DNA of 63,878 bases, filler included, from Reticulomyxa filosa (Eukaryota > Protista > Foraminifera), in NCBI GenBank assembly GCA_000512085.1. It is 22 parts of 22 records of this genome, joined end to end, with 100 filler letters (N's around TTAATTAATTAA, not from the genome) between each part and the next. Parts side by side here need not be neighbours in the genome. Positions count along the whole stretch, not along the records: positions 38,662 to 41,548 come from ASPP01041478.1; positions 41,649 to 42,906 come from ASPP01043696.1; positions 43,007 to 44,127 come from ASPP01028493.1; positions 44,228 to 45,441 come from ASPP01042345.1; positions 45,542 to 54,293 come from ASPP01024709.1; 17 more parts are not named here. The stretch is one strand, 5' to 3'. Shown piece after piece: positions 40,019 to 52,721 of the stretch. The number at the start of each line of letters is the position of its first letter. The first letter of the stretch is position 1. Position numbers and translations under genes: made by a program. Under the pieces are notes generated by a model, which worked only from the letters and a program-made list of their open reading frames with translations, was not told where the DNA came from and made no database searches.

Positions 40019-40720
40019 TCATGATATTTCTTCAAACGTCAACTTTTTGGGACGTAGTTTACTCCATTTTTGAACTTGTTTTATCCTTTCGCGGTGAACT
40101 TTTTCGCCAGCGAAGGAGACTTTCAAGCCAAAGTCTTCTTCCAAATCATGAGCAAAGCACGCTTTTTCCGCAGACTTCAACAAGTCAAAGAAAATGAAGG
40201 CATAGCTTTGATGTGGCAAAATTTCGAGTCCTCAACTCTGTTTCAGCATATGGCCTTTCGGACGCAATTTCAACGAACAAATATCATCGACTTTTCTTCC
40301 GTCGTCATATTATCTTCCGAATATCAAATCTTTCAATCTTTGTGACTTCATTTCATTGATTTGCTCCACTTTTGAATGGGTTATTCGCATACTCAAACTC
40401 TTTTTTATCCAATTCCTCTCACATTTGCCGCAGATCTGCATTCATCGTTGCGAACATCTTCTGCTGCTCATCAAATCTTTTCAGCCTTTCGAAATATTTC
40501 TTATACTCGATATCGTATTATTGCCTGGACTTATCGTTCGCAAGTACTTCCTTTGCTTTTACTATCAGTGCAAACTTCTCATCCGCGTTTGGGTCGTCCG
40601 AATTTTTGTCCGAGTGCATTATCAGTTCAATCTTATAGTAAGATTTTATAATGACTGCTTTTGAAGCATCAAAAACTACTTTCAACAAAGCATAATAGTC
40701 AATGAAATCGTCTTTATTCA
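40019..40720 (-). pseudogene. DnaJ (J-domain) protein pseudogene, DNAJC17/Cwc23-like
   Basis: DFIDYYALL / ASKAVIIKSYYKIELIMHSDKNSDDPNADEKFALIVKAKEVLANDKSRQ*YD followed by a coiled coil. HPD has become HSD, with several stops and no introns. Confidence 0.75.
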
Positions 40721-43700
40721 GTTGTTTGGATATTCTTTATTATTATGATTATTTTTTTTGTCTTTTCAAAAGATATGAACACTCTGTGCACTTATAGTTC
40801 AAGAGATTGAATATTCATCGAATTTTTTTTAAAAAATACCGAATATGATATCTAAGAATAAAGTAAGACATGCTGTTTTGTGTAACTATTATATCATAAG
40901 GCCATTTTTAACAAGCAAAGAGAAGTAGCTTCCTTTTTGTCATATATGCTTTGTATGGCAACAATACGGTATTGCAATTGGAAGAAAAGGGATGGCATTG
41001 TGCCTTTGACCGAACGTAGCTTTCGCTTTTTGGTGCATTTTGTGGAGCGTAATGCATACAATGAACATGAATTTGTAACATGTTAAAATTATAACACGTC
41101 CCTTTTCTCTTTTTTCTCTTTTTTAAACGATGTTTTTATAATGAATTTTCATTGTGTGGAAAAATTAAAAAAGTTATGCTTGATTTTTAAATTTTTGATT
41201 GGCTTTTACCATTCGCATTTAAATTAAATGGATTCGATAGCACATCCACAAACTTTATTTTTTAAGTAAACGTATCGAAATAAAAAAATTTGTGCGAATT
41301 TGCGTAAGAAATTTTGATCATACAAAATAATTAATGAAACATTGCATTAAAATGCAAATCTATGTATTTTGTAACATTTTTATTGTAGAGACATTGGTAT
41401 TTAACACGAGAAAAAATTGAAATCTGATGTGTTAATTATATAACACATTGTAACATGTGGTCTACAAGTGTGGTGTTAGTCGCTTTAAGAAAAAAAGTTT
41501 GCGCGGCAAGGTCAATGTACAAATTATTGGAGTTTGTTTAACAAAGTGNNNNNNNNNNNNNNNNNNNNNNNNNNNNNNNNNNNNNNNNNNNNTTAATTAA
41601 TTAANNNNNNNNNNNNNNNNNNNNNNNNNNNNNNNNNNNNNNNNNNNNGGTAGTCATAACGTGCTGTCTATTGTATTTTTTAAAAAATTATATAATTGAA
41701 GCATATTGTCATTTTATTGTTATGAAAGTTTTTTTACATACTTCTCTATATCTTTTTTTTTAATTGAAAGAAAGATAATGAAAGCAACTGTAGTGCAAGG
41801 TCACAACATCTAGTGACTCAATTTTTAAAAAAAAATCCAGTGATTGGATGTGCATAAATTTGATATGCTGCTCCTATATTTCCAATTTGCGTGATGATAT
41901 TTTGTTGATGATTTGTGCGATAGTTGGTGTGATGGTTGATCTGATTATTGATGTATTAGTCGATTTAAGAATTTTTGTGATTGTTGTTGATATTGCCGTG
42001 CCATCCGTTGGACGTGGTTGTGTAAAGGCTTGTGGGGTGTTGACTGATAACTTTTCATATTAATGATTTGGGCGTTATTTGTGGAAAAATATTGATACAG
42101 AATGACCATCATGTAACGCCAGCCCAGACTTCGGTCACCAAGAAAAGAGAAAAAGAGTTTTTACAACTATCCAATGACACCCTCCATAAAAAAAGAAGTT
42201 ATAATTTTCAATTTTAATTGACATATTTCGTCAAAATAAAATATTTTTGATTAAAATATTTGACTAAGATAACTTTACAATACTTTTCATGTCAAACAGG
42301 AAAAAAAAAGTTCTAGACCAAAAAAGTTTTTTTTGAAGATCTAAATCTATCAACATTTGAACAAGACCTTTCAAAGGAAAACTAGTACAGCGTTATTGCT
42401 CTTTGACATCTATGACTTCCTAAGTTTTCTTAAGTTTTGCTTACGACGCTGTCACAACGAAAACACAGTCAAGAGCTCCTAAAGTTAAGTTTGATAGTGT
42501 CCACTTTGTTTTTTTGTGTGTTATCTCACAATGAAAAAATTTAACAAACAAAAAAAAACAGATTTCAAAATGAAAAAAATAGAAAGCATGAACACAAAAT
42601 ACAGCAACGACCCACAGTTCACTGTCGAATAAAAACAAAAGGGATGTTATCTCTGATTTGTACTCACAAACTATTTACCTGTGAACTCGGTGCACTTTCT
42701 GAACCGTATTGTGGCTTATCAGTGGCACATACGATGAAGAAACTGTCACTATGCTATGGCTTTGATGTTGAAAGATAGTAGCATATTCGTTTTGCTACAT
42801 CTTTGAGCTTATCACTGAACCTTAGAAGCTTTGAGCAAATAACATAGTGGTGTGGCAATCCATACAAAAATAATAATCAAAAAAGACGAACGAAAGATAC
42901 AATCTTNNNNNNNNNNNNNNNNNNNNNNNNNNNNNNNNNNNNNNNNNNNNTTAATTAATTAANNNNNNNNNNNNNNNNNNNNNNNNNNNNNNNNNNNNNN
43001 NNNNNNAACTAATCCTTGTTCATTACTTTTTATCATCGTTTCGACAATTTTAGCTGCTTGTACAATAGAGCTCTTCCAATTAGAATTCCAATTTCTTTTC
43101 AAATCCAAACATTCACCATTCTGTGTCATTGATAATATTTTCTCTTTATTTTCCTTGACATTATTATTCGATATACAATTTTGATCTTCTTTATTTTTTT
43201 CTATTTATAGGTATGTATGTTACTGTTGTTGCATTTTGTGTGTGTTCTAAAGCTTTTTAAAAGAAAAAACATACCACGTCGAAAAAAAGAAAAGATGTTC
43301 CAGGACATTTTGGATTGTTGTTGCTCTTAGACACAAATGTCAATATTGATTAATCACAAAAAAAGCTATATACTTTTTGAAAAAAGTTCTTTTCATTTTT
43401 TTTTTTTTAATAGGAACTCGAAATGGCATAATCTGTCAACAGATCTTTATAATTATCCTTTCCAATTTTGGAATAACTTAATTTTGTATTTACACGTCTA
43501 AATTGTACAGAGTTATGTCAAAAATATGTGTAGTGTTATGAAAACAAAAGTAGGAAAGAATGTTAATGTTAAATCTTTTGGTTGGTAACCAGAAACACGC
43601 ATAAAAGATGACAACCACAATTTCATTAACACTTTGTGATTCTCATAATCCAAGAAATGTCGGAAAAGTAGAACTATCCTTCAATGAGTTGTCAATAGAA

Positions 43701-45720
43701 AGATTAATAAAAATTGCTTTCCAACTGGTTCCAGCTTTCGTTGATCCATTTTTGTTCTACAGTCAATGCTTTTTGCACTTGTTCACAAAAATTGTAAAAA
43801 TCATAAAAAATAATCATATTTTTTTTTCAAATTATCTTTATTTTTCTCAATAAGATCTGTTTTTTTTTTTGTAATCAAGTGCGTATATTTGTATAATGAG
43901 ATTGTATGCATTGAATTTTTTGTAGGTCGTTTAAATTATTTTCAAAACTCTTGAATAACAAATGTCTCAAGACAAATTATTACATTGAGTTAAATAAAAC
44001 TTTCTTCGAGCGTACTTAAAAAAAAAACACAACAGATCCCATTGAATAAAATTTTTTCGAACTTCTTTTTGATAAAGCATTTAAAGTTTGACATAACCAA
44101 AATTGTGGACCGTGTAAAGTGAAGTTANNNNNNNNNNNNNNNNNNNNNNNNNNNNNNNNNNNNNNNNNNNNTTAATTAATTAANNNNNNNNNNNNNNNNN
44201 NNNNNNNNNNNNNNNNNNNNNNNNNNNATATTCACATAAAATTGAAGTAAGATGTATGCAAAAAACATTGCCAATAAGTTATATCGTTTTTATACGTCAT
44301 TTGGTGCAAAAAGATTGGAGAAAGAGTTGATTTTACAATTGATCATGTTAAACAAAACAATATGGTGAATTCAATGAAAAAACTACCAACACACGTGACG
44401 ATAAGCAGATCAAAAGAATGGAGATTTTTGCCATATTTAATAGTAAAAAAAAGGTGAGTTGGATAAAAGATGCATTACAAAGACTGTACTAAACAACATG
44501 AGATTGCTATAATCACTGTACGAAAGGTATTGAAAAATTTGCAAAGATTTGTGGCGTAGATGCACCAATTTCTGTATTTGAATATCATGTTCTTGCACGC
44601 TTCGTAGAGGAATGCAACAGAGAAAAGACTGCTTATTTTCTTATTGGAATGGCAGCACAGTTATTTCGATTTCTCCAAATTTCAAACAAAAACAAAGTCA
44701 AGAAATTGTGTGTTGTGCATCATATGTAATTTTGATATTTTAATGACATTGGCATAGCAAACGAATGCAAAGGCTTTGTCAATATCTCGTCATTGCATTA
44801 CATGACCAGACAACGACGCAATCTCCACGATATGCATTACAAACTTAATCGTATGAAAAATAAAGCATTTTTCCATGCCCGGCAGCTACGGGACACTTGT
44901 TCTTCTTTTGTTGAAATTTACTGTGGTTCTGCTTTTTCCATTTTTTGTTTTTTGATTGAAGATTATTTTTGTTTTTATCTGTTAGCCTTTTTATTTGAGC
45001 AGGCTGAGATTAGTTTGAAAAAAGTTTTGAAATAACCAATTTTTTTTGTGCGTTTAGATATTGTGGATGTATATAAAACAAATTGCGACAAATTACATTT
45101 TCCAACTCGGCATTCTACAAATCATTTGCCACAAACTTTTTCTTAAAGTGGCTTTATTGCTCATTTGATACTTTCTGTTCGGCGTGTCCAGTAGGAGCGG
45201 AGGGGGCAAACTGAGCAAAAAATATTGAGTGGAGACTTTTAGTTGTTGGCAGCAGCGTGAAATCCACCTTGACGTTGGGATTCCACATTTATTAAATGTG
45301 TTCACGGTGGTGCAGTACAAAAAATGAAAATGAGCAATTCAGCTGGGAGCGGACAAACGCTTTTGTATCATCACGACAATATAAATGCATTTACAACATC
45401 AAGGAACAACTCTATCAGCCACGTGTAGAATTTATAACATGNNNNNNNNNNNNNNNNNNNNNNNNNNNNNNNNNNNNNNNNNNNNTTAATTAATTAANNN
45501 NNNNNNNNNNNNNNNNNNNNNNNNNNNNNNNNNNNNNNNNNATGGAGAAAATCGATTCTCTTCATATAGTGCCATTTAGGTATGGCGGTTTTTTTTGCAA
45601 TCTACTGTATAATACAAAAAAGCGATAATTCGAGAAATTCAACATTTTTTTTACAAGTTAATGTCGTGCCTTCCAAACAAGGTTACAACTCCGTAAGTTT
45701 AAAAAAACGAATTTCACACT

Positions 45721-47521
45721 TGTATGAGAAGCTCCTACTATATATAAAAACGTTAAAGGGGCTGATGAGCTCCCGGTGGGTTAAACTTTTGCTAACACTT
45801 TTCACTCACTAGTGTTTTCTTTTCTCGTTTTAGTCTGGTGTTTTGGTGTACTCATTTCCACACACTTGTTTTCCTTTTCTTTATTTAATCTTTTTCGTTG
45901 ATACTTGCTCAAAAGAGCTAATTAACCTTTCGTATTATATTTAGCAATACCAAGCGAAAGACCACATGTTGGGAAATCAGACGGTAGAGGCGATAAGAAA
46001 GACTTAATGGAAAGAACAGATGACAATGTAATGAAGCTGGCAATGGATTTGTCAAATAGGTTTCGATACATGTTCAAGGGAAGTATATATGATTTCCCTA
46101 GCTGGAGAAGGCAATTTTTGTCATAGAAAGAAACTTATCAGTTACCTGACTAATTTTGTGTGAGATATTTGTTATCACAATGTTTGTCACTCGAAGTAAA
46201 GGACATGGTGGCAGCGGAACAACATCAAACATTCGAGGAATTAATAGTATTATTATATACAATGTTTGGAGGAAAACATTATGTCGTTGAGCGAACTCAT
46301 GACTTGATCCAATTTAAAACAAAAAGCGTTGAAGGACCAGCTGACATTATATTACGCTGGCACAAAACAAAGTTTGATATAAAACTAGAATTAGAATATG
46401 CATCTGAATGCAAAGTATCTGCAAGAAAGAGGTTGAAACCTTCATACGAAAGATTAATGGAAGTATTATTAGATTCATTAGGCGGATTGGTACGCAAATT
46501 AGTTTACAAGCAAAATCCGACGACCATGGAAGATACAGAAGATGCTCTAGTATTCACACAAAGTAGATTCGAAGAAAAAATACAAGTACGAAGTAAAGAT
46601 ATAACAGGCAAATAGCGAATCACCAGGAAAAAGGTCGACGAAAGGCGATTATGCAAATTTCTATAACAATCGTTTTACAGTTAACAAAAAAGGAGTTCAA
46701 AAAATATGTAAAATTATGTCATAACACTAGGTCAGCATAGTTATAAGTGCAAAGCAAAGCACAACGTTATAGCAAACCTTATTCAAAAAATAAGCGAACT
46801 TATGGCAATAGTAATAATAAACGACAATGGAATGACGAATGTTGAAATGTGGAAAATATTGGCATAAACAACGATATTGTCCTAGCGATAAAAAAGAGAT
46901 TCAAATTTTAGAATATCAAGTAGATAATAGATCAGTCGCCGAACATATATTGCCAATGTTAGTATTGTACAGAGTAATTGAAGAGCCAAATACAATCGAA
47001 ATTGAGTTACAAACAGAAGATATATGGAAAATAAAAGCAATCGCAGATACAGGTGCATCTATATGTGCAGTCAAGGGGACAATAGCGAATACATTTAGTA
47101 ATTTGGTAACAAAAGACGATATAGCATTTAATGTAGCACATGCGGGTGGTTGTATGACATTGCAAGATAAATTGAAATTAACTTTATGTGATAACAATAG
47201 TCATAATCAAAGATTTCAAGAGAATTTTTATGTAGTTGACAATATTACACATAATTTTATTCTGTTCAGAAGCATATTGCGTAAATTGGGGTATTCCTTG
47301 AAATTAGAACACGAAAGGTTCGAACATGTCCGTTCAGATGTAGTATTGGATGGCCAAGATCTGGAGTCATCAGATATTGTGGAAATGATTACACCGAAAC
47401 ACCAGACTAAAACGAGAAAAGAAAACACTAGTGATTGAAAAGAGTTAGTAAAAGTTTAATCTACCAGGAGCTCGTCAGCCCCTTTAACAATTCTATCTAT
47501 ATAGTATGAGCTTCTCCTACA
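45721..47521 (+). mobile_element. Decayed LTR retroelement: 5' LTR (45721-45966), gag, protease, then an inverted partial LTR (47378-47521); 4-bp flanking repeat CACT
   Basis: Starts TGTA and ends TACA. CACT at 45717-45720 and 47522-47525. 45721-45862 matches the reverse complement of 47378-47521 at roughly 85-90% by eye. The interior carries gag, zinc-knuckle and DTGAS protease motifs. Confidence 0.88.
46007..47377 (+). pseudogene. gag (capsid plus CCHC knuckles) and retropepsin-type aspartic protease, disrupted
   Basis: ATG 46007 is in frame with ORF 46160: FKGSIYDFPSWRRQF (gag FxG...W..F motif). Knuckle C/KCGKYWHKQRYCP at about 46840-46883. Protease IKAIADTGASICAV...FILFRSILRKLG. Several TAG/TAA stops and frameshifts. 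Confidence 0.85.
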
Positions 47522-49322
47522 CACTAAATTAAATATCTTATGTTTGTTTTCAAAATTTCAACAAAAAATTAAAATGGAATTATCATCTATCCAAAAAGGA
47601 AACAATTTGATTTTCAAATATTTTGAAAATATCTTATCCTTTTGAAATAAAGCATGAAATATGTTCTAATTGACTATTTCCACTTTTTCTATTTTTGTAC
47701 ATTTCATTTCTATTGATTTAGATTCTATTTTAAACAATCACTTTAATCTAATTTGAATATTTTCTCAACGTCGTAATGCAATAATTTGCAAAAACTGTAC
47801 AACCAAAAAAAAGATTGCTTTTTTAGTATTTGACTTGTATTTTCATTGAAAAGAGGCAAATTAAAAATAATTTTGTAGATACACAGACTATCTTTTCTCT
47901 TTGTTGTAATATCTTATCTCTTGCATTTATTTGAAATGTTATATATTAATTTTTTTTAGTTAGATTTTACATTATGCATTTTTTTTAACAAAAATGTTTG
48001 TATTAAATCTATATTAAACTGTAAAGAAAAAATAATCAATTTAACAAATGTTTAAAAGAATCTCTTATGTGTAATTTACCACTTGGTGAAATTGCCATTT
48101 GCATTTATCAAATCATGAATACGCTTAGCTATTGAAGCAATAAGCATATCACACAAATCACCTTCAATATAGTACAAGTGCTTGATAAACTCATCAAAGA
48201 GATCACCTTTGCTGGAAAATTGTCTATTTTTGTAAGTAATAAAGATATACAAGTCAAATACTAAAAAAGCAACATTTTTTTTATTGAAGTGTTTTTTGCA
48301 AACTACTGTATTAGTCTGTATATAATATATCAATATGATTTAAACAATAAATGTTATTTTCATTATATTTTCTTTGTTCAATTTTCTTCAATGGCTATGT
48401 ATATTATAATGTATCTTTTAGTTTTTCTGTAAATAGTTTGACTGTATTTTATAATATTCATTTAATTCGAACTAATTGTCGACTGTATTTTTTGTTTCGT
48501 TTTTTCATTTTACTTCTGTTTGATGTTTAATTTCTTTATTAATGATTTAATATTTTTATACATAAAATATACTTTGTATTGTTGTTTCAATGTTTCAATT
48601 AAATACTTTATCATTTTATTTTGAACTATATCAATATGATTTAAAACAATCACATGAACAAATACAATACTAAACGATTTCTTTTGCTTTGTCAAATAAG
48701 CTTTTTCCGATGTGATATAGTGAAAATGTACAACTTAATGATTATTTATTCTATAAAGCGTTTTTACCTTGTACAATCATTGATCAATTCTGCTTTATAT
48801 ATTGTATTTTTTTATTTAGATTTATTCCTTTAACGACGACTTGCTTCTTCTGGTCGATATAATCTAATTGGATGATTGACATTTCACTAAATGTTACACT
48901 AATTGTTGAATGGAAATACAAGTTTAATGAATGAAATAAAAGTAAGTAATTATAAAACTATAGTTACGTAAAAAAAAATTCGTAAAATGAGAAAAGTCCC
49001 CTTTTCAATACACTCCTAAAAACTCGTCGGGCTGCATTTCGACGTTTATGCGAAAAAAGTATATGTTGCATATTTGTATTTTTTTAGACATTTTTTTCAA
49101 GTACAAAACATCTCTGATGAAAATCGCTGGAATGATCTAAGCCAAAACAAAAGAAGTAAACTGAAAATGCAACGCGTAAGCGAAATAAATCATTGAAAAC
49201 AAATTGAAATACTTTGTTGAAAGTAGTGTGAATGAGCTAATAATTGTCTGGTTTTGTGACAATAAGAAAATCCACACATTACAAGAGAGACATTTGTTTC
49301 AACGTTGATAAAGTTATTTTGT

Positions 49323-49968
49323 TTACAAATCTTTATCTTCAGCTTTGTGATTCAAAATATCCAGAAGTTCCACATCAAAGACTAAAGTGGCACCTCCTGG
49401 GATTTTGTCTCCTGCACCTCTGTCACCATAACCAAGGCCCGAAGGGATTGTTAGTCTTCTTTTCTCACCAATACACATATTCGTCAATCCTTGATCCCAT
49501 CCCTTTTTTTTTTACCAGATGATGTTTATTTGTTATAAAGTAAACATGAGTACTTTCTCAACTTTGATCACTTGTCCTTTTCCTAATGTGAATGTAAATG
49601 GTTGATTTCTGTCCAAACTTGAATCAAATTTACTTCCGTCACGTTTTAACGTACCAGTGTAATGCATAGACAATTTATCACCAGTACGGGTTCGAATCGG
49701 ACAGTTCTCAGGTTTGTACTTCACTGTTAAAAACATCAGAAGAAAAATGGTTCAGAACCAGGCATTTAATTTGTTGAGAACACATATTGAAAGCTAATTC
49801 CGCCTTTAACCTCCAATTCGCAGCTTCGCGTCTGCTGGCAAGTCCTAAATTTATCGAAGTTAAGATTACTATTGCATTGATTTTCTTTCAATAAAAATTA
49901 ACTTCTCCTGCAAACGTTGTGACCAAGAGCACCACAAAAGCCAATAAAATCAACTTCAGCTTCATCAT
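49323..49968 (-). CDS. FKBP2: ER-type FK506-binding peptidyl-prolyl isomerase (FKBP2/FKBP13-like), 4 exons
   Basis: Signal peptide [20 protein letters not shown]; [82 protein letters not shown]; ends EDKDL-TAA. Confidence 0.93.
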
Positions 49969-50239
49969 TATATCTAAATTAAATTTCAATATGTCTGACC
50001 CTTGAAAATAAACGCTGAACAACTGCCCCGCTTGTAGAATCCAATAAAGTGAAGAAGTTATTAAGTGTTATATGGGAAAAAGAATCAAGTTTACGATAAG
50101 ATAAAACAACGATGAAAACACAAGGTGTTTTAATTTATTGAAAAATATCATAGTTAATGCACAAAAATTTGACAGCGAAAACCATAATTTGAACAAAATC
50201 TGGCCATTTATAGAGCAAAATTAAAGGACATGAAGTATA

Positions 50240-51549
50240 TTACAACTTGGCTTTGTTGTTTTGTTCAAAAGATTTTGGAATTTGGATCAATTTATGATGG
50301 ATTAAACTGTTCGTTGCATCCAACAACATATCACGAGCGTTGATATACACAACGCTTAAATCTTTAATAGCAGGAGAGGAGTCAGAAAGTCGAAGTTTTC
50401 CATACTGTGGCAAGACAAAGTCGGTGACCAATGGATCAAAGAAGGAAGCAAGCCATATCACCCAATAAGGACCAGTAGTTTGACTGACCGAAAATCCTTT
50501 TGGTCCATATTCATAATTCAAATACTATCATGGGTTGTGATAGAAAAGGCAATGCAAGAACAAAACAAACAAACAAATGAGTAAATATGATGCTTGTATA
50601 TGCGTTTACAAACAAATAAGCATATAACAAACCATTGCAACATCACTTGTCCACATGGTGGCATTGACGATAATATAGCGATTGCCATTAGCCGCTTTGG
50701 AAGTCAATGCATTCACATGACCTGTAGCAACATCACGAACATCACAAAGCTTCCAGTTAATCTTGGGAAGTAAAGGATATATTCGGTCCATAATTGATGC
50801 TATCACCATCATGCTGGTTGGTAATCGAGGGTTCAGTAAAGGTCCTACTGTCATTGCCGGTGCAATAGTTACGAATTCAAACGGGTTGTTGTGTTTTTTT
50901 ACAAAATCCCATGCAAATTTTTCAGCCAATGTCTTCGACTTCATATAACCAGAAGGCTTTTTTTTTTTTATTTATTGATAAGACCCCCTTTTTTTTTTTT
51001 ATACAACCACTTACATGTTTTACACATCCTCCTTTTTTTCAATTAGTTAACGAAATAGTCAGGTTTGTCCAATGGCGTCCAGTCTTTTGATGTCAAAAAA
51101 GTCACTTCTTGGCGTTCTTTTGGTAAGTTTTTGCCTTCTACATCCATAGCCGCTACACTTGTTGTGTATACCACTCTTTTTATGGTGTTGCGATTCGCCA
51201 AACAAACGTTCAGAATTCTTTCCATTCCCTTCATCACGGGTTCAGTGTAATCTTTTTCGGTCAGATTTTTCTCTCCTTTCGCTGGTGGCATTACATTTGC
51301 CGTGTGAATGACATAGTCACAACCTTGAATTGCATTATCCCAGTTTTTATCACTTGACAAGTCACATTCAAATAATTCAATTGGACGGGTATTTTTGTCT
51401 GTTGACAGATCATATATGTATTGATGATCTTTGGAAATTTTACGCACTGTTCCTCGCACTCTGTAGCCTTTAATACACAGCTGTTGGACCACATGTCCAG
51501 CAATAAAACCAGAGGCACCAGTAACTAAAACCAATGGAGGATTATTCAT
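50240..51549 (-). CDS. NAD(P)-dependent extended SDR (dihydroflavonol reductase / aldehyde reductase-like), 3 exons
   Basis: VLVTGASGFIAGHVV, GYRVRGTVR, VIHTA, TTSVAA, YMKSKTLAEKFAWDF (YxxxK), CDVRDVATGH. Confidence 0.92.
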
Positions 51550-51791
51550 TTCAAAGTTGACGAGATGTTATCTGTACCAGAAATTTATTTAAGTTTCCGA
51601 CCGGTGCCAGTTCTTGCACTGAATTAAACATAAATTTATTTCACATTCATTTTTTAGATAGTAGTGATGTTAACAAAGTGTTTGTGTTTCTTAGATTACT
51701 GTTCATTCATGTAATAAATTTTATATAAGGTGCAGATCTTAATTTGGGTGTATTCGTATAAATATTAGTTAAAAAAAATTATACAAAAGTT

Positions 51792-52115
51792 TGTAGGAAC
51801 AGTGGGTGTGACTAAACGTAACACGAAAGGAACTATATTTCAAAAAATAGAGTTTCAGTAAAACGAAATCAATTAATAAGAAAACGACAAAAGTATAGTA
51901 AGAGTGAGTGGAAGCACCAAGTGTAATAAGGAAGTAATTAAAAGAGTTTTCGAAAAGAAAAATAAAAGTAGTTAATAATAAATAGATAAACAACTAACAG
52001 ATAAAGAAATAAGAAAACAGAAAAGTAAAGAAGAAGATAGTGAGTGTTGTTGAGGAAAAAGGGTTCAATCGTTCATATGGAACTTCTACTCTAATTAGTA
52101 TGGCGTTTCACTACA
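51792..52115 (-). mobile_element. Probable solo LTR (about 324 bp) related to the 45721 element
   Basis: On the minus strand it begins TGTAGTGAAACGCCATACTAATTAGAGTAGAA (compare TGTAGGAGAAGCTCATACTATATAGATAGAA), carries CCTTTCGTGTTA about 27 nt before its terminal CCTACA. No exact TSD. Confidence 0.6.
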
Positions 52116-52504
52116 AAAGATCTTTTATTTGTTTACTTGCTTGCGTCGAAGCAGGCGCTGAATACAAATGGACATTCGATCATTATTACTGATTTTGTAA
52201 ATTTTTTTATTGAAATTATAGTCAGTTTACACAAATTAAAGTGATATCACTAACGCATGCTTACAAAGATGCTTGCACGTTAGAAAATGTAATTAACATT
52301 AATCCAAATGGCGAAATAAATTGAAAACGCAGTAATTGAACAAGAGAATACACCAAATGAATTAGATATTCGAAAATAATATAAAAGCAAATAATTATAT
52401 TTATTTACAAAACTAAATAAACAATTAAAACATTTAAACATATAAAAATGCTGAAAAAGATATAAACACATAACATTGGAAAAAAGTCAAATCAGACAAT
52501 ATAG

Positions 52505-52721
52505 TGTGGGATTTTGAGAAGATTAAGTGTAATACGAAAGGAACTTAGTTCCAAGAGAGTAATTTCAGTAAAAGAAAGTTAATTAAAGAGAATAATTCCA
52601 ACGCAAGTAAAACAATTAAAACAAGAGGAAAGTTATTATTGCTAAGAGTATTGTTTTAACCCACTGGTGGTCCCAACGTTCCGTTAGTATTTAAGGATGT
52701 AATGTAGTGACTTTCCCTACA
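52505..52721 (-). mobile_element. Solo LTR (217 bp) with 4-bp TSD ATAG, related to the 45721 element
   Basis: TGT...ACA ends. ATAG at 52501-52504 and 52722-52725. Shares CC(A/G)GTGGGTTAAA and CCTTTCGTATTA...CCACA with LTR 45721-45966. Confidence 0.8.

Noticed and set aside
46007-46720. Stop-codon reassignment explaining the in-frame TAA/TAG codons
   Set aside because: Conserved genes end properly at TAA (G-alpha, FKBP), TGA (THOC5) and TAG (Rae1) and have no internal stops. The internal stops co-occur with frameshifts in decayed sequence.
45721-47521. Ordinary Ginger/TIR DNA transposon or DIRS element
   Set aside because: There is no DDE transposase/integrase, tyrosine recombinase or RT. 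The interior is gag-protease and the left repeat continues into an LTR resembling the nearby solo LTRs.
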